From a virus, in the IMG/VR virus record IMGVR_UViG_3300045988_070924, positions 40,150-104,149 of that record: a stretch of 64,000 bases of DNA. One strand, written 5' to 3'. How positions within the stretch are numbered: the stretch's first letter is position 1; the number at the start of each line of letters is the position of its first letter. The notes beneath the pieces were generated by a model. The model was not told where the DNA came from. It was given only the letters and a program-made list of their open reading frames with translations, and did not search any database. A program made the translations under genes and the position numbers. Of the stretch, positions 43,371 through 51,991 are shown piece by piece.

Positions 43371-44409
43371 TCTCCAACCACTTGCTTATATTGTTGATTA
43401 AATTCATGTTAATATCTATTGGAACTTCATAGTCCTTGGTAAGGTAAGTATTAAGTTCTTTTGCTATACCTCTCCAGTTCCTGAGTTTATGCTCCCCAAG
43501 TTTAAGGTCAGTAATAGTCTGAGTCTGCGGAAATTCCCACACAAGAGGTTTTCTTGTCCTGTTACTTATGACAATAAACCTGTAATCTGCCAGTTTGAAG
43601 TCCTTGAAGTACTCATCTTCATCCATAGCCTGCCTGATAAGATACCAGTACAGTTGAGCTTGAATCCAATATCCCCATTCCATGAAAGACTTGTAGAATC
43701 TCCATTCAGGTTTGAAAGAAGTCTTAAGGTCACAAGGGTATACTATCTTCTTCTCATGGTCTACTATAATAAGGTCAGCCATACATCTAAGGTTTATACC
43801 CTCATAACTCCCTTTGAACTTCAACTGATATAGTCTTTCAATATTCTTGTTAAAAGGATTGTCTGCTTCAAAATACCACTTGGTGCTTTCAGACTTTCTC
43901 AATGTCTCCACACAGTCCAAAGCATCCTGATACAATTTCTGTGATATTACTGTCTTTCCATCAGCAAGTGTAAGTAAGTCATAATATTCCCTACCAGCTT
44001 CTCTTATTACTTTAATTCTGGTTTCTGTTCTCCAATTAGGCTGATAATTATTGGCCAATAGATACTCTAAAATAACAGCATCCATTATCTTATCCCAAGA
44101 CTCCCCAGGTTTAGCAGCATGGAATATGCCTTCAACAATTTCCTTTTGTTTATCTGGAAGCTCAGGAAAATCTGCTACAAAGAATCTTTCTTCAAATTCC
44201 TCCTTGGTTCCTGTAAGTAGAGTATCAACTACACTACCAAAAAGAAGTGAAGGACTTTCTGTCTTATCAAACAGATGAGCAAGATTGTCAAAACCCTCTC
44301 TATTGAATCTTGAGAGGGTTGAATAAGACAATGCTGGGTCAGCTCTATATTGGTCTTCTGTTACATCCCATGATATATCTCTCAATGATTTCATTATTCT
44401 CCTTCCCAA
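43363..44409 (-). CDS. PD-(D/E)XK nuclease (RecB/Cas4-like exonuclease)
   Basis: MADLIIVD ... VYPCDLKTS ... QAQLYWY gives the D, D-x-K and Q-x-x-x-Y motif series. Confidence 0.7.
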   Translation of the reverse strand: MGRRIMKSLRDISWDVTEDQYRADPALSYSTLSRFNREGFDNLAHLFDKTESPSLLFGSVVDTLLTGTKEEFEERFFVADFPELPDKQKEIVEGIFHAAKPGESWDKIMDAVILEYLLANNYQPNWRTETRIKVIREAGREYYDLLTLADGKTVISQKLYQDALDCVETLRKSESTKWYFEADNPFNKNIERLYQLKFKGSYEGINLRCMADLIIVDHEKKIVYPCDLKTSFKPEWRFYKSFMEWGYWIQAQLYWYLIRQAMDEDEYFKDFKLADYRFIVISNRTRKPLVWEFPQTQTITDLKLGEHKLRNWRGIAKELNTYLTKDYEVPIDINMNLINNISKWLENE

Positions 44410-44666
44410 AAATCTGTTTCAACTTCATCATCTTCAAGACCTAACAAAAGCAGATAGGCGTCTATCTCAGTTTTAAGAAGTCTCAGATTGTCTATCTGCT
44501 CCTCAAGGGATTCATCCTTCTTCTTAAGAAGTATCCTTATATCAGACTTGACTAAATCTCTGAGGGCTTCAAAATCCCTTTCCTTAATGAACTTATTTGC
44601 ATAAGGAATGTCTTTCTCTGGTACACAGGAAAGCAACTGTTTGATTCTTTGGACTGGTGTACTCAT
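44394..44666 (-). CDS. hypothetical protein (90 aa)
   Basis: Intact ORF that overlaps both neighbours. Confidence 0.5.
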   Translation of the reverse strand: MSTPVQRIKQLLSCVPEKDIPYANKFIKERDFEALRDLVKSDIRILLKKKDESLEEQIDNLRLLKTEIDAYLLLLGLEDDEVETDFWEGE

Positions 44667-45082
44667 CTTGAAAACTTCTTTATTTCTGCTATTATAAATT
44701 CCATATCTCTTTTGGTATGAACCTCTGCAAACACATAGTGATTCTCTGAACTATCTATATGATTGATAAGCATTTTCCTTTTGAGAGGGTATCTGTCAGT
44801 AATAAAACCTTTTACTTCTACTATAAAGAACCAGTTTTTATCTGGAACCTTCACAACAAAGTCAGGTGTATAGGTAATAGCTCTAATCTTGTCTTCCCTA
44901 TACTTTGTACCTTCATACCATCCCATAGGATAGAAGCCCTCTTGAAGGACTATAGGGTCTGGTTCATATTCAAACCAGAGCCCTGACTCCTTCAATAGTT
45001 CATACATCTTAGCTTCAGCCTTACTTCTGAACTTTATATTGTCCCTAAGTACAGCTGTAGCATTGACTACTTTCTTATTCAT
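44663..45082 (-). CDS. T7 endonuclease I-like Holliday junction resolvase
   Basis: FRSKAEAKMYELLKESGLWFEYE ... YTPDFVV ... FIVEVKG ... LKRKML parallels T7 gp3 (FRSGLE..L..G..FEYE...YTPDF...FVETKG...RKK.LL). Confidence 0.8.
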   Translation of the reverse strand: MNKKVVNATAVLRDNIKFRSKAEAKMYELLKESGLWFEYEPDPIVLQEGFYPMGWYEGTKYREDKIRAITYTPDFVVKVPDKNWFFIVEVKGFITDRYPLKRKMLINHIDSSENHYVFAEVHTKRDMEFIIAEIKKFSR

Positions 45083-45632
45083 TAGGCCACAGTTCCTTAA
45101 TGAAAGGTCTCAGAATCTTAGTGGCAATCTTGATGTCATCAATACTTCTGAATGCAGCAAAGTTTCTAAAGTTCTTGATTCTACCTTTAGGAACTTCACA
45201 TACTCTTCCATTAGTCATGTCAATAGTGAAATACTTGTCAACATCAGCATTGTTGATGTGGTCAGGGTATTTCCTGTCTATCAGAACTGCAAGAGCTCTA
45301 AGCACAACTGAGAACCCTGCATAGCCAGGCATTGCAGTAAGAAACTCTTTTGCTGTATCCTTTGCATGAGGAGTACCCATAAGCCATGTACTTATAAGAG
45401 CAATTATCTCATCAGGGGTAGGAACCACAGGTATTGTCTCCTCTCTGTCAGGAAATTTCTCTTCCTTGAGCATTCCTTTCATTACAAGTATTCTTGCCTG
45501 TGAGGAAGTAAGCTTGTCACTCCTGAATATATAGGTTGTCTTCACTCCCTTCTTCTTGAGAGTATCAGTAATACTAAGAGGCTCTCCAAGAGAAACCTTC
45601 TTTCCTTCTTTAGTTATAAATTTATCTCCCAT
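45075..45632 (-). CDS. hypothetical protein (185 aa)
   Basis: Intact ORF on the dominant strand. No motif recognised. Confidence 0.5.
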   Translation of the reverse strand: MGDKFITKEGKKVSLGEPLSITDTLKKKGVKTTYIFRSDKLTSSQARILVMKGMLKEEKFPDREETIPVVPTPDEIIALISTWLMGTPHAKDTAKEFLTAMPGYAGFSVVLRALAVLIDRKYPDHINNADVDKYFTIDMTNGRVCEVPKGRIKNFRNFAAFRSIDDIKIATKILRPFIKELWPNE

Positions 45633-45647
45633 AATATAAATAAAATG

Positions 45648-46292
45648 TTAAATCCAACGTATCTTCTTCTTACCTTTCTTTGCAAGAATTTCATTTATTG
45701 CATTGAAAATAAGAGGAAATTTTTCTCCAGTTCTTGCACTATATGCAGGGTGAGGTATCTCAAGAACAGTACTCTCCTTGTTGATATAAGGTCTGAATGT
45801 GCTTGCTTGTGAACCAAACAGAACAAATATTATATCTGGATTGTACAGAGACAGGTTCCTCAGAAGTTTTGATATGAAAGGTCTCCATATCATAACATGA
45901 GAACCTATCTTGTTCATCTCTACAGTAAGTGCAGAGTTAATCATAAGTATCCCCTGTTCTGCCCAGGATATTAATGAAGGGTCAAAGTTAGAATCTTTTT
46001 CTGAAATATGCAAGTCTTCAAACAAAGAATTTTTGATAACCTTCAATGAAGGGGATAGTTGTTCAGGCAAAGTTTCTGACTTATTTGCAAACAGTATACC
46101 AGTTGCAACACCTTTCTGAGGATATGGGTCTTGTCCAAGAAATACTACCCTACAGTTATCAGGACTACAGTATGAGAATGCCTTGAAAATGTCATTCTTA
46201 TCAGGACAAAAAGGTCTTCCAGATTTCATGACCTTAGACCAAGGAACAGCCATACTATCTGCTGATATTATATTATCCCAAGTCATAGGCAT
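45648..46292 (-). CDS. ung: uracil-DNA glycosylase (family 1-like)
   Basis: VVFLGQDPYP (GQDPY water-activating loop) and a C-terminal HPAYSA (HPSPLS-type Leu-intercalation loop). Confidence 0.85.
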   Translation of the reverse strand: MPMTWDNIISADSMAVPWSKVMKSGRPFCPDKNDIFKAFSYCSPDNCRVVFLGQDPYPQKGVATGILFANKSETLPEQLSPSLKVIKNSLFEDLHISEKDSNFDPSLISWAEQGILMINSALTVEMNKIGSHVMIWRPFISKLLRNLSLYNPDIIFVLFGSQASTFRPYINKESTVLEIPHPAYSARTGEKFPLIFNAINEILAKKGKKKIRWI

Positions 46293-47050
46293 CCTATTAT
46301 ATCCTGAACAATATCCTCTCTTGACAAGAACTTTTGCATATCTTCCTTGAAGGTCTGAGGACTGCCTACTTTTGCAGGTCTTTTAATCCACTCTGAAAGG
46401 TCCTCAATGATAACTTTAGGAGTTGTAGGCTTACCTAATACTCTGCTCCCTATAAATTTAAAACTCTTTGATACAAGTGAAGGTATAGCCTTGGAGATTA
46501 TACTCTTCTTGAGCATATCATCCTTAAGAAACACCTGAGGGGACACTCTCACATTAAGGGCAGAAATGGTTGCCTTCATTTTTGTTGGTCTGTAAGGAAT
46601 AGTTACAGGGGTCATGCCTGTAACAGTAACAGTATACAGGACAAGAGGTTTCATATGTTTGTCAAATATCATCCCATTTCCTCCATAATAAACCTCTTCT
46701 TTATCTGTCATAACCTTAGAGAGTCTTGCACCATATGCTGGAGTTTCTCTGAAGAAATATTTTATGATAGCATAAGAAGTGTTCCTCATGATAATATTAT
46801 CATAATATAGAGGCATAGCAATCTGCTCCCACTTTATCTTTGGCTGTGCCAAGATAGTCTCAAGATAAGGAAGCATAGCCATAGGTACTTCAAATGAACC
46901 AGTATGATTCACATCTGTACATATGTATCCATTCAGTATATCATGCTTTTCAAGACAGGAATAATTTGTAACAAATGCACCTGTATCTGCATATATAGTA
47001 TTGAAAGGATAAGTGATGGTGTCATTGTAAGATGTTGAAGTCATAATCAA
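46283..47050 (-). CDS. hypothetical protein (255 aa), translationally coupled to the E1-like gene
   Basis: Overlaps of 4 nt upstream and 10 nt downstream. No motif recognised. Confidence 0.55.
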   Translation of the reverse strand: MIMTSTSYNDTITYPFNTIYADTGAFVTNYSCLEKHDILNGYICTDVNHTGSFEVPMAMLPYLETILAQPKIKWEQIAMPLYYDNIIMRNTSYAIIKYFFRETPAYGARLSKVMTDKEEVYYGGNGMIFDKHMKPLVLYTVTVTGMTPVTIPYRPTKMKATISALNVRVSPQVFLKDDMLKKSIISKAIPSLVSKSFKFIGSRVLGKPTTPKVIIEDLSEWIKRPAKVGSPQTFKEDMQKFLSREDIVQDIIGCL

Positions 47051-47994
47051 GCCTCCGTAGTAAACATCATCAAAGAAGCATCATATGATGTAAGGAATGG
47101 AAGACTCCTATCTATCATAGGCTTTTCATCACCCTCAAGGTCATTGGCACAGAAATTTACAAAGAGGTTAGTCATGATAGAACCAATCATATTAGCCATG
47201 AAAGTTGTCTGCTTATAACTACAGAGTGTGGCATCAGCCTCATCATCTGAGAACAGCCAGTCTCTCTCATACCTCTCCATATCATAACTGGCATCACCCT
47301 GTATACACAGAACCTGGAACTCCTCTGCTGCAAGCCTTCCATCTATGAATAGGCAGTGCTTTCTTAGTCCTTCAGGTATGCTCATTACATGGTGTTTCCA
47401 TACATTGTAGAATATCCTTCTGGCAGTCATATTGTCAAATCCACAAATCATGATGTCAGTAGGAGGGGAATCTTCTGTGAATCTTTCATTGACAGAGGTT
47501 ATGGAATAATAATTACTGTAATCATGCATCATGTTAGTCACGGCTTGAGCCTTAGTCTTGTTGAGGTCAAGAACACTGTAGAACTGCCCCGACATATTTG
47601 CCATTTCTACAGTATCATCATCATATATTCTTATGTGACTAGGCTTCATTCTTGAAAGAAGGAAAGCCACATAAGAACCTATACCCCCTAAACCTGCAAG
47701 AGTGATTATCTTCTCCTGCACTTTATTGTACCACACTGCACTACTGAACCTTGAAGTACTCGTGTCAATGGTAATAGTCCCAGAGTTGGTAGAAATCCTA
47801 TCATTAGGCAGCTCAGGAACAGTAATTTCACTGCTTATACTTGGGTACTCTGGGTATACAGCCTGTTCTTCTATCTCTTCAGAAGTATTCTCTTCAGGAA
47901 CAGCGGTCTCAATATGCCCCTCATTGAGCTGGTTTATAAAATCACTAACTGCTTCAGCCAGTCTAACTGACGTACTTTGTGTATCCTGTGTCAT
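47047..47994 (-). CDS. ThiF/MoeB/E1-like adenylyltransferase-fold protein
   Basis: LAGLGGIGSYVAFLLSRMKPSHIRIYDDDTVEMANMSGQFY (nt ~47584-47694) fits the E1/ThiF GxGxxG...D.D.V...N..RQ signature. CGFDNMTARRIF follows downstream. Confidence 0.7.
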   Translation of the reverse strand: MTQDTQSTSVRLAEAVSDFINQLNEGHIETAVPEENTSEEIEEQAVYPEYPSISSEITVPELPNDRISTNSGTITIDTSTSRFSSAVWYNKVQEKIITLAGLGGIGSYVAFLLSRMKPSHIRIYDDDTVEMANMSGQFYSVLDLNKTKAQAVTNMMHDYSNYYSITSVNERFTEDSPPTDIMICGFDNMTARRIFYNVWKHHVMSIPEGLRKHCLFIDGRLAAEEFQVLCIQGDASYDMERYERDWLFSDDEADATLCSYKQTTFMANMIGSIMTNLFVNFCANDLEGDEKPMIDRSLPFLTSYDASLMMFTTEA

Positions 47995-49127
47995 GCTATT
48001 TCCTCCTCAAGTCTAAACTTGATAGCATCAAGTATCTTGTTATCAGGCAATTGCTCACACATACTAAGCAATCTAGCTGCCACTGCCTTGGCTATCATAT
48101 CAGAATCCTCATTTTCAACTTCCTTCCAGTTAGTATACCATGTAAGGAACTCTATATAGTGGTCAAGCCAGTTCTCAAGGTCCTGAGGGTCAGGGAACCT
48201 TCTGAGGAAAGCCCTCTCCATTACAGATGAACACCACTTCTCCATATCAAACTTGTCACTAAAACCAGCTGTGATAGAACCAGTTACTAACTGTACAAGC
48301 AGTCTTTGAGCCAACTCTTGAGGAACTTCAATATTGACCCAACTCCCATCTGTTTCTGAAGGAGATGTTTCTTCAGCAGGGAACAATGTTGGCTGTATTG
48401 ATATTCTCTGTGAGGGAAACTTTCCAGTAAATGATACTCCCTCTTCTCTCTCAGAGGATACGTCTTCCTCCTTGGTAGAAGGGAAGTTAGTTCTTCTTAC
48501 AGTAGTTTTCTCTGCTTCTATTTCTTTGATTCTCTGAGTAACTTCATCCCTGATAGATGTATCTTCCTGTACATCTATCTCAAGAGGAAATGCTTCAAGG
48601 TATTCATTGATAGTAGATTCCACTTCCTCAGACTTACTTTCTCCACCAAAGGTAGGATAGGTTATCTTAGAGGTCTGAAGACTCACTCTTCTGGTAATCT
48701 TGGCAGTATATACACCTACATTATTCACTATAAGAGAGAGGAAATGAGGCATATCCATACCTTCCTCTATAAGAGTGTTTCTGTCTGTTCCACTGAAGAA
48801 TGTTGCCATTTGGTTATGTGAGTGGATAAGTCCCGTATAGCAGTCAAGCAAGTCATTCATTGCCTGATAGGTAACAATATCAGCACTATGGTCAAACTCT
48901 GTATAGGTAGCAGAACCTATATCAGATACATAAATGTCCTTACAAGTAATAACCAAAGAATTATCCTCAAAAGAACCTTCTACTGTGTAGAACAGTGTTC
49001 CAGACCATTCTTTGGTAGGGAAATGATAACACCATTCCCTTATCTTTCTCTGAACTAAATCAGGTATTATGAGTTTATACGTAGAACGTCTGTCTATCAA
49101 GCTCAGACTCTTCTTCTTTTCTTCCAT
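47991..49127 (-). CDS. JAB/MPN (JAMM) metallopeptidase domain protein with an uncharacterised ~230-aa C-terminal region
   Basis: Exact JAMM spacing H102-S-H104-x7-S112-x2-D115 in GLIHSHNQMATFFSGTD (nt 48783-48824), with an upstream Glu in TKEWSG. Confidence 0.7.
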   Translation of the reverse strand: MEEKKKSLSLIDRRSTYKLIIPDLVQRKIREWCYHFPTKEWSGTLFYTVEGSFEDNSLVITCKDIYVSDIGSATYTEFDHSADIVTYQAMNDLLDCYTGLIHSHNQMATFFSGTDRNTLIEEGMDMPHFLSLIVNNVGVYTAKITRRVSLQTSKITYPTFGGESKSEEVESTINEYLEAFPLEIDVQEDTSIRDEVTQRIKEIEAEKTTVRRTNFPSTKEEDVSSEREEGVSFTGKFPSQRISIQPTLFPAEETSPSETDGSWVNIEVPQELAQRLLVQLVTGSITAGFSDKFDMEKWCSSVMERAFLRRFPDPQDLENWLDHYIEFLTWYTNWKEVENEDSDMIAKAVAARLLSMCEQLPDNKILDAIKFRLEEEIA

Positions 49128-50244
49128 ATCTTAAATTTACAACTTTACAAATAGCTGATACTATATCTCTTATAACACTTTCTTGCAGTAAGGTAGCTGG
49201 ATGCTGTTCAGAGGAAGGAGTATCATCTATGTGTAATTTAATCTCTCTTCCTTTGAAGTTACATACAAGTTTACCCTCATAGTTCCTATAATTACTGATA
49301 CTTTCATTAGCCCTGATAGTATAGATTTTACCATCAACTATCATATACTCTCCAAGGATGTTCATATCCTTCAAATACCGAAAATCATACAACCTCCTGT
49401 ATGGATTGTCTTCAAGATTGAACCATTCTATGAACTTATTACTAATCAAGATGGCAGCATCATAATAAGACATTCCAAGACAGTATGTTCCATTTGAGTA
49501 TTCCATAGGAAGAGAGACATTCTTAAGTAAGTATCTTGTGAAATCTGGTATGATTCCAAGGTCTACACCCCTAAATTCATATGTAGGTCTTGCTACCTTT
49601 CCATAAAATCCTCTGGCTACATAAAGGAACTTCTGTGTCACACCAGAAGTTGTGTTGGCACCTATAGCTTCAAGTTTCCTATAAGGCACTCCTTCAACTG
49701 ACTCTACTTGAGTAAAGTCTTCAAGTTCACTACAGAATAACTGCCACATATCTTCATCAAACTCCCTGTTAAGACCTCCAATAGTAACATTGATAGGTCC
49801 ACTTCCAGTACAAGGTGTAAGAAAGTTTAAGAAGTTAGAGGTATTTATTCCAGGAATATGGGAATGCATATAGTTAGCCCTCATATGACTTAATGGGTAA
49901 GTAGCTCTATTGAGATAGAACTTTCCTATAAGTTGCCCCTCTGTATCAATCTTTACTTTAGCATAAAGGTCTTGTATATCTACAGACTTGTTATACTCAT
50001 TAGTGACTCTCACTTGAGGAAACCATACAAGTATAAATATACCACTTGGGAATGATATAGCATCTGTATTATTCTTCCCTAATGATTTATTTTCACAGAA
50101 CTTCTCCTTAGTACAGAACCCTCGCATATCCACTTTATCTTCTCCAAAGTAATCACTGAATATTTCAAGGATTCTTTTTGGTTTCTCCATCAGGCTGTCA
50201 TACAGATTTTCCCATTCTTTTTTCTGTTCATCTGTCATATTCAT
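49075..50244 (-). CDS. hypothetical protein (389 aa); weak E2-like candidate
   Basis: Intact ORF whose end overlaps the JAB gene by 53 nt. FILVWFPQVRV..VDIQDLYAKVKID..LIGKFYLNRATYP...YMHSHIPG-x11-PCTG loosely recalls a UBC beta-meander plus HPN..C flap. This was not verified. Confidence 0.5.
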   Translation of the reverse strand: MNMTDEQKKEWENLYDSLMEKPKRILEIFSDYFGEDKVDMRGFCTKEKFCENKSLGKNNTDAISFPSGIFILVWFPQVRVTNEYNKSVDIQDLYAKVKIDTEGQLIGKFYLNRATYPLSHMRANYMHSHIPGINTSNFLNFLTPCTGSGPINVTIGGLNREFDEDMWQLFCSELEDFTQVESVEGVPYRKLEAIGANTTSGVTQKFLYVARGFYGKVARPTYEFRGVDLGIIPDFTRYLLKNVSLPMEYSNGTYCLGMSYYDAAILISNKFIEWFNLEDNPYRRLYDFRYLKDMNILGEYMIVDGKIYTIRANESISNYRNYEGKLVCNFKGREIKLHIDDTPSSEQHPATLLQESVIRDIVSAICKVVNLRYGRKEEESELDRQTFYV

Positions 50245-50250
50245 CCCTAT

Positions 50251-50296
50251 AAAAAAGGGGGATAAGGGAGAGGAAATTCATCCTAACCCTTATCCC
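50251..50296 (-). terminator. rho-independent terminator/attenuator between the 223-aa gene and the 389-aa gene
   Basis: GGGATAAGGG (50259-50268) pairs with CCCTTATCCC (50287-50296). The loop can extend the stem through AGGA/TCCT pairing. CC plus U6 follows on the minus strand. Confidence 0.7.
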
Positions 50297-50302
50297 TCAT
50301 TA

Positions 50303-50974
50303 TTAGAAGTTAAACTGTTCAGCAAGTTCATCATAGGACTGCTCCCTTTCTACAGGAAGAGCAGGCTCACCATTGACAACACCCCAGATGTTATCAGCAT
50401 CATGCTGCATGAAAACTCCCTTAGATACCATCTCATCAAGAAGGTTTCTAAGATTAGACATCATTTCTTTTCCTGATGCTGGCATAGTATAGGCATCTGC
50501 CTTAACTACTTTCTCCTTTGCTATAGGAGCAGGAGTATGTTTAGGAGTCTTCTTGGCTACATTTTCACCAGCTTTCTCCTTCTTCTCTATATAGGAGATA
50601 AGGATAGCAGTTGAACACTGGGTGAAGTTCTTTCCCTCATGTTCCTGAATTTTTCCTTGAAGACCAAGCTCCTTAACTCTTGCATAAGCTTCTTTCCTGT
50701 CCATAGCACCAGACTTAATTTTCTTCTGAGGTGCAGTGACCATGAACACAAGGTCATTAGTTACCTGACCCTTCCAAGGAATGTTAGAAGGGAGGATAGA
50801 CTCATCAGATGTAAGGATAGTCTTTGAAGCAGCCTCCTTAAATACACAATCTGAATCATACTTTACCTGTTTTTCTCTCAGTTCATTCTTAAGCTCACCA
50901 AGAGTGGTAGCATTTGACTCAAACACAACTTTGCTCTGTGTGCTCTCTACAAGCACAGTAACTTTTCTACTCAT
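50303..50974 (-). CDS. hypothetical protein: N-terminal ubiquitin-like (beta-grasp) candidate plus HeH/SAP-like motif
   Basis: Residues 4-89 alternate strand/helix as in a beta-grasp and end in KIKSG. AMDRKEAYARVKELGLQGKIQEHEGKNFTQCSTAILISYIE resembles a HeH/SAP helix pair. The fold assignment is unverified. Confidence 0.5.
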   Translation of the reverse strand: MSRKVTVLVESTQSKVVFESNATTLGELKNELREKQVKYDSDCVFKEAASKTILTSDESILPSNIPWKGQVTNDLVFMVTAPQKKIKSGAMDRKEAYARVKELGLQGKIQEHEGKNFTQCSTAILISYIEKKEKAGENVAKKTPKHTPAPIAKEKVVKADAYTMPASGKEMMSNLRNLLDEMVSKGVFMQHDADNIWGVVNGEPALPVEREQSYDELAEQFNF

Positions 50975-50986
50975 TTTTGTTTTTTT

Positions 50987-51964
50987 TTAGTTTACTAATT
51001 CATATATAACCCCTCTCAGAACCTCTCTTCCATGATTTTTTACTAAATCCGAAGGGTCCTTGCTCTCCCACTTCTCAGGTATTTCAATCTGAGTAACATT
51101 AAATTTCTCAGCAATCATCTCACCATACATCCTTCCATGGTTCTCTTCACTTTGAAAGTCATTATCATAAAGTACATAAACCTTATTATATCTGTCTTTC
51201 AACTGTTGAACTACATGCTCCTTTGGTATATAACCTTCCCCCTGCAAGCTAAGGGCAGGAATACCTGTATTGGACCATATAGCAAGGGCATCTTTTCTTG
51301 ATGAAGTGATAATCAGTTTATCACCTTTCTCTGGAATCTTAGTCCATAAATCCCATACAGAAGAGTCATGTTTAGACATCCACTTATACTCTTTTGAGTA
51401 GGGCTGGTAAATCTTGAATGAGACTATACCATCTTTCCTTTCTACATATACATAAGCATACTTCTCTGCTGGAATAGGATAAGAGTGTCCATTTTTAGTA
51501 AAGATAATATGAGATATGGGATATATTTCTCCAAATTTAAGCCAAGGCAGTGATATTCCATAGGAATCCCAATAGGCAATATCATAGTCCCTCCATTCCC
51601 TAACTCTAACTTCAACTTTGCCTGCTGACTTCCTGTACACCTTTACTCCATGCTTTCTCATAGGGGCGGGAGCAGGCATATCTTCAAGGATTCTTTTATA
51701 CACCTTATCTTTGGAGACATTCCACATTTTGGCAAGAAGGTCATACAGACTTCCTCCTTCTCCACTTCCAAAATCTTTGAACCACAGACTATTGGTCTTG
51801 CTGTTTATGAACAATCCCAATGAAGGGTTATTGTCCTGTCTGAGTGGAGAATTAATTACTTCAGGAACACAAGTAATACCTAAATACTTGTGTGCAATAT
51901 CAAAGTCTGAATATAGGTCATTGACCTTCTCAATAGAAGTACTGTCTGAACCTCTTGCTACCAT
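50987..51964 (-). CDS. DnaG-type (Toprim) DNA primase with a degenerate zinc-finger region
   Basis: Toprim elements: IITSSRKDALAIW ... LQGEG ... VYVLYDNDF. The N-terminal SPLRQDNNPSLGLF...FKDFGSGEGGSLYD aligns by pattern to the CPFH..TPSF...CFGCG..GD zinc ribbon, but all Cys/His positions are replaced. Confidence 0.7.
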   Translation of the reverse strand: MVARGSDSTSIEKVNDLYSDFDIAHKYLGITCVPEVINSPLRQDNNPSLGLFINSKTNSLWFKDFGSGEGGSLYDLLAKMWNVSKDKVYKRILEDMPAPAPMRKHGVKVYRKSAGKVEVRVREWRDYDIAYWDSYGISLPWLKFGEIYPISHIIFTKNGHSYPIPAEKYAYVYVERKDGIVSFKIYQPYSKEYKWMSKHDSSVWDLWTKIPEKGDKLIITSSRKDALAIWSNTGIPALSLQGEGYIPKEHVVQQLKDRYNKVYVLYDNDFQSEENHGRMYGEMIAEKFNVTQIEIPEKWESKDPSDLVKNHGREVLRGVIYELVN

Positions 51965-51991
51965 ATGGATATATTATTTATAGTTTGTTCT

